From Thermoplasmata archaeon (lineage in GTDB: Archaea; Thermoplasmatota; Thermoplasmata; Sysuiplasmatales; Sysuiplasmataceae), in the NCBI GenBank assembly GCA_021796895.1, contig JAKABN010000001.1, forward strand, positions 1 to 54,488: a stretch of DNA of 54,488 bases. The letters run 5' to 3'. Under the pieces are notes generated by a model that saw only the letters and a list, made by a program, of their open reading frames with translations, made no database searches and was not told the DNA's origin. Below, piece by piece: positions 52,407-54,488 of this stretch. The position numbers and the translations under genes are program-made. Position 1 is the stretch's first letter; every line of letters starts with the position of its first letter.

Positions 52407-52430
52407 CTGACCGGTCGACCGGTCAGTCAC
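52403..52430. repeat. Perfect 28-bp palindrome overlapping the pyrF stop codon
   Basis: GTGACTGACCGGTC|GACCGGTCAGTCAC has two 14-nt arms, no mismatch and no loop. The stop codon TGA is at 52404-52406. Confidence 0.95.
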
Positions 52431-52870
52431 ACTGTTTACTGTTCGCTCAATATCCGGGATTTTGTGCGGATTTAATGGATATGACTGTCCAGCCGCATAT
52501 CCACACCGCTCCTTTTTGTGTGGGCACTTATCCCGCATCTTCGTGTTTGCAATCAGGACCGTAGACTCTGGTGAATTCGGACTCAAAGTCCCAGGGCACT
52601 ACCGTTCAGGAGTTCGACCGCCAGAAAACCCTGCTTCTGGAAGCATGCTCTCTGTCTCTCATGCCCATCCTCCCGGCAAGGGCTGTCTATCGGAGACAAC
52701 GGATCGTTATGCCGGCCCGGAAGAACACTGTTCCTCAGAGGAGATCGATTCCATTGCCCCGGCAATGTGCCGGAAAGACCATACAGGTGAGGCTGGTGTG
52801 CCATAGATGGTATTACTCCTTGATACTGTTGTGCTCTGTTTAATGAATGGTTTGGGTAAAAAAGAACTGG

Positions 52871-53271
52871 TCAGTTTCCGTCTTTATTCCCATGATGGAA
52901 TACACGGGCATCGTGTGTTGAGCTTCCGTACAGGATCCACGGAACACTTTTTATCGTGAAAATACACGAGATACCGCTTCGCCGGCCGGCTAAGCATAGA
53001 TATGTTCGTGCCTTGCGGCTGTTGAGCGGTCTCATAAAGATGCGGCTGTATCGGTGTCTCACTGTGTTATGCATGTCAGGCAGCCAAGATGATCGAATAC
53101 ACTGTGCTGCACCCTGCCTCCCCTCTTTCCTTCATTCAATCCGGCGAGTTCTCCATTCCACTTACCAGCGAACTCGAAGTCGAGGTAGAACTCTCCACGT
53201 ACTCCGAGCCGTTCATTGTACTCCGGCCAGTCCCTGCTGTCTCTGAATTCCTTACCCCATCTCTTCTGCAT
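52871..53271 (-). pseudogene. IS5-like transposase N-terminal remnant
   Basis: MQKRWGKEFRDSRDWPEYNERLGVRGEFYLDFEFAGKWNGELAGLNEGKRGGR matches the W..YN..L..RGE...D......W..EL..MN.GKRG pattern seen in archaeal IS5-type transposases. The frame then breaks, with a stop at 53059 and continuation only in other frames. No DDE domain follows. Confidence 0.5.
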
Positions 53272-53812
53272 GTGACGGTGTTATCACACCGTAATGTTGG
53301 ACCTATTATCGGTCCGTCATATTCTGTCGCATGGAAGGCACGCTGAAAGTGTCCTCCCTGCCGCTGAAGGAGAAAGGGATGGAGAGAAAGGATGCTGTCA
53401 AAGTGTACAAGGCTCTCTATTGGTACGACAGCCATTCCCGCTACGGAAGATAACACAACAGGATAGTCGGCCTGCTTGACAGGGCGAAACACATACGGTA
53501 TTTTGGGACCCTGTCAATTCTACAACAGTTACTTGAGCGCAGTTGGGAATGGTTCGTATTCTTCTTTTGCAACAAATCATCCATATGATGCAGGAAATTG
53601 GGTAACTGACTTCATGGTTCAGATTTCTTGGTTCGGTGAACCCGATCCCTTTGTTCAGGGAAATATTGGAGAATATTATGGGACCCAAACTCTTTCGTAC
53701 ACTTATGCTTACGAGAGTGGATACAGCTGGAACGGCTGGATAAACAGCAATTATAACCTATGCTGAGGTACTTATGTATTGAACAAAATAACTAACTAAG
53801 GTGGAGCAAAGA

Positions 53813-54094
53813 ATGAAGAGCGTAGTCAAATTTCCGAAAGTGCATGTATTCGGATGGGGCGTTTTGTCTCTCTCAGGGGCTATCCTGGCTCTATTTGGGT
53901 TGTACATATTTGATAACGTATTCTCATATATTATGAGCCCGGGACCAGAAATCAGATTCATTCCAGGTAGTCAATGGTATAATTCGGCCACTGCGGTTGA
54001 AGTATTCGGCATTCTCCTTATGATCTTGGGCTCCATGGCGGTTTTGGTCTCAATCTGGCGATTGTCAAAACTATTGCCCCCAATTGAAGCTTGA
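53813..54094 (+). CDS. Small two-helix membrane protein (hypothetical) in an AT-rich tail
   Basis: The ATG at 53813 is preceded by GGTGGAG. The helices are VFGWGVLSLSGAILALFGLYIF and AVEVFGILLMILGSMAVLVSIW. Confidence 0.45.
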   Translation: MKSVVKFPKVHVFGWGVLSLSGAILALFGLYIFDNVFSYIMSPGPEIRFIPGSQWYNSATAVEVFGILLMILGSMAVLVSIWRLSKLLPPIEA

Positions 54095-54488
54095 TGACTC
54101 GTCGAGATCGGGCAAATATGTCTACAGATCTAACTCTGGAACTCAAATACTGAGTAGGAACGGTATTATTTGCCAGTATGCCCGAGGTAGTGTACAGCGT
54201 TTTCTGTAAATTCATTTAGACCTTGTGTCTTCCTGCAAAACATTAGTAGTGTTAAACATGAAAACACAAGGCATGGAAACAACTGACCTGAAGGATACAA
54301 TGATTGGGTCAGTATCTCCGAAGCCAATTTTCTGTAGATGATCTTCCTTATACCGCTCATTTGCACTAAGGAGCGGTGCAGCAGGCACCCGCTTCAGAAT
54401 CTGTGTGCCTGAGCGTTTCCGTCCTGTAAGTGCGATGTGCTCAGGACGTGTGCCTCGATGCCCTCTCCTCTGCCCGATTCAGTCTCTC

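Noticed and set aside
53476-53766. 96-aa Tyr/Asn/Gly-rich ORF as an intact gene
   Set aside because: It has a TTG start with no upstream signal, sits next to an IS stub, and resembles only the C-terminal part of a surface protein. It is reported in a finding, not as a feature.
54390-54488. Possible C-terminal end of a minus-strand gene entering from the right edge (...ETESGRGEGIEAHVLSTSHLQDGNAQAHRF*)
   Set aside because: Only about 30 codons are visible with no motif, so it cannot be distinguished from chance.
1-54488. CRISPR arrays, tRNA or rRNA genes
   Set aside because: I scanned the intergenic regions by eye. I found no regularly spaced direct repeats, no T-loop GGTTCGAATCC-type motif in a cloverleaf context, and no rRNA-like conserved blocks. 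A covariance-model scan would be needed to exclude small RNAs.

Overview
The window is an archaeal chromosomal segment. Evidence: RpoK/Rpo6, archaeal-type uS2, Lrp/AsnC, three DUF835-like domains, AT-rich TATA-type promoters and several apparently leaderless genes. Assigning it to a Thermoplasmata-like acidophile is inference only, from the sedolisin, Cu-ATPase, SOD and DUF835 content. I support about 45 protein genes and see no rRNA, tRNA or CRISPR array.

Layout:
- 0-6.3 kb: a redox/metal island with a flavoprotein disulfide reductase, a membrane protein with three C2H2 fingers, HxlR, CopZ and an atypical CopA-like ATPase.
- 6.3-10.3 kb: IS debris, an AT-rich island carrying a PLP decarboxylase, and a gene-less stretch.
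- 10.3-16 kb: a hook-less SbcD/SbcC-like (YhaO/YhaN-type) pair followed by an ABC-2 exporter.
- 16-19.4 kb: peptidases and an amidotransferase.
- 19.9-28.8 kb: three co-directional envelope genes, namely a membrane glycoprotein, a receptor-like protein with a cytoplasmic DUF835 domain, and a giant membrane-anchored S53 sedolisin.
- 28.9-33.4 kb: a GcvH-TusA fusion next to a rhodanese, an acyl-CoA dehydrogenase and a class III aminotransferase.
- 33.7-35.5 kb: the conserved rpoK-rps2-MEMO core.
- 35.5-48.3 kb: large Ser/Thr/Asn-rich surface proteins interleaved with two more DUF835 proteins (one fused to a bactofilin-like beta-helix and a coiled coil), three regulator/membrane genes and a GT-C-like membrane protein.
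- 48.5-52.4 kb: housekeeping genes (SOD, PP-loop ATPase, GNAT, PyrF).
- 52.4-54.5 kb: a degraded, partly AT-rich accessory tail with an IS remnant.

The best candidates for something undescribed are the DUF835/surface/bactofilin cluster, the hook-less SbcCD-like pair, the GcvH-TusA fusion and the membrane-anchored C2H2 protein.

All family calls come from reading motifs by eye. No searches or computations were run, and many start codons are uncertain by a few to tens of codons.
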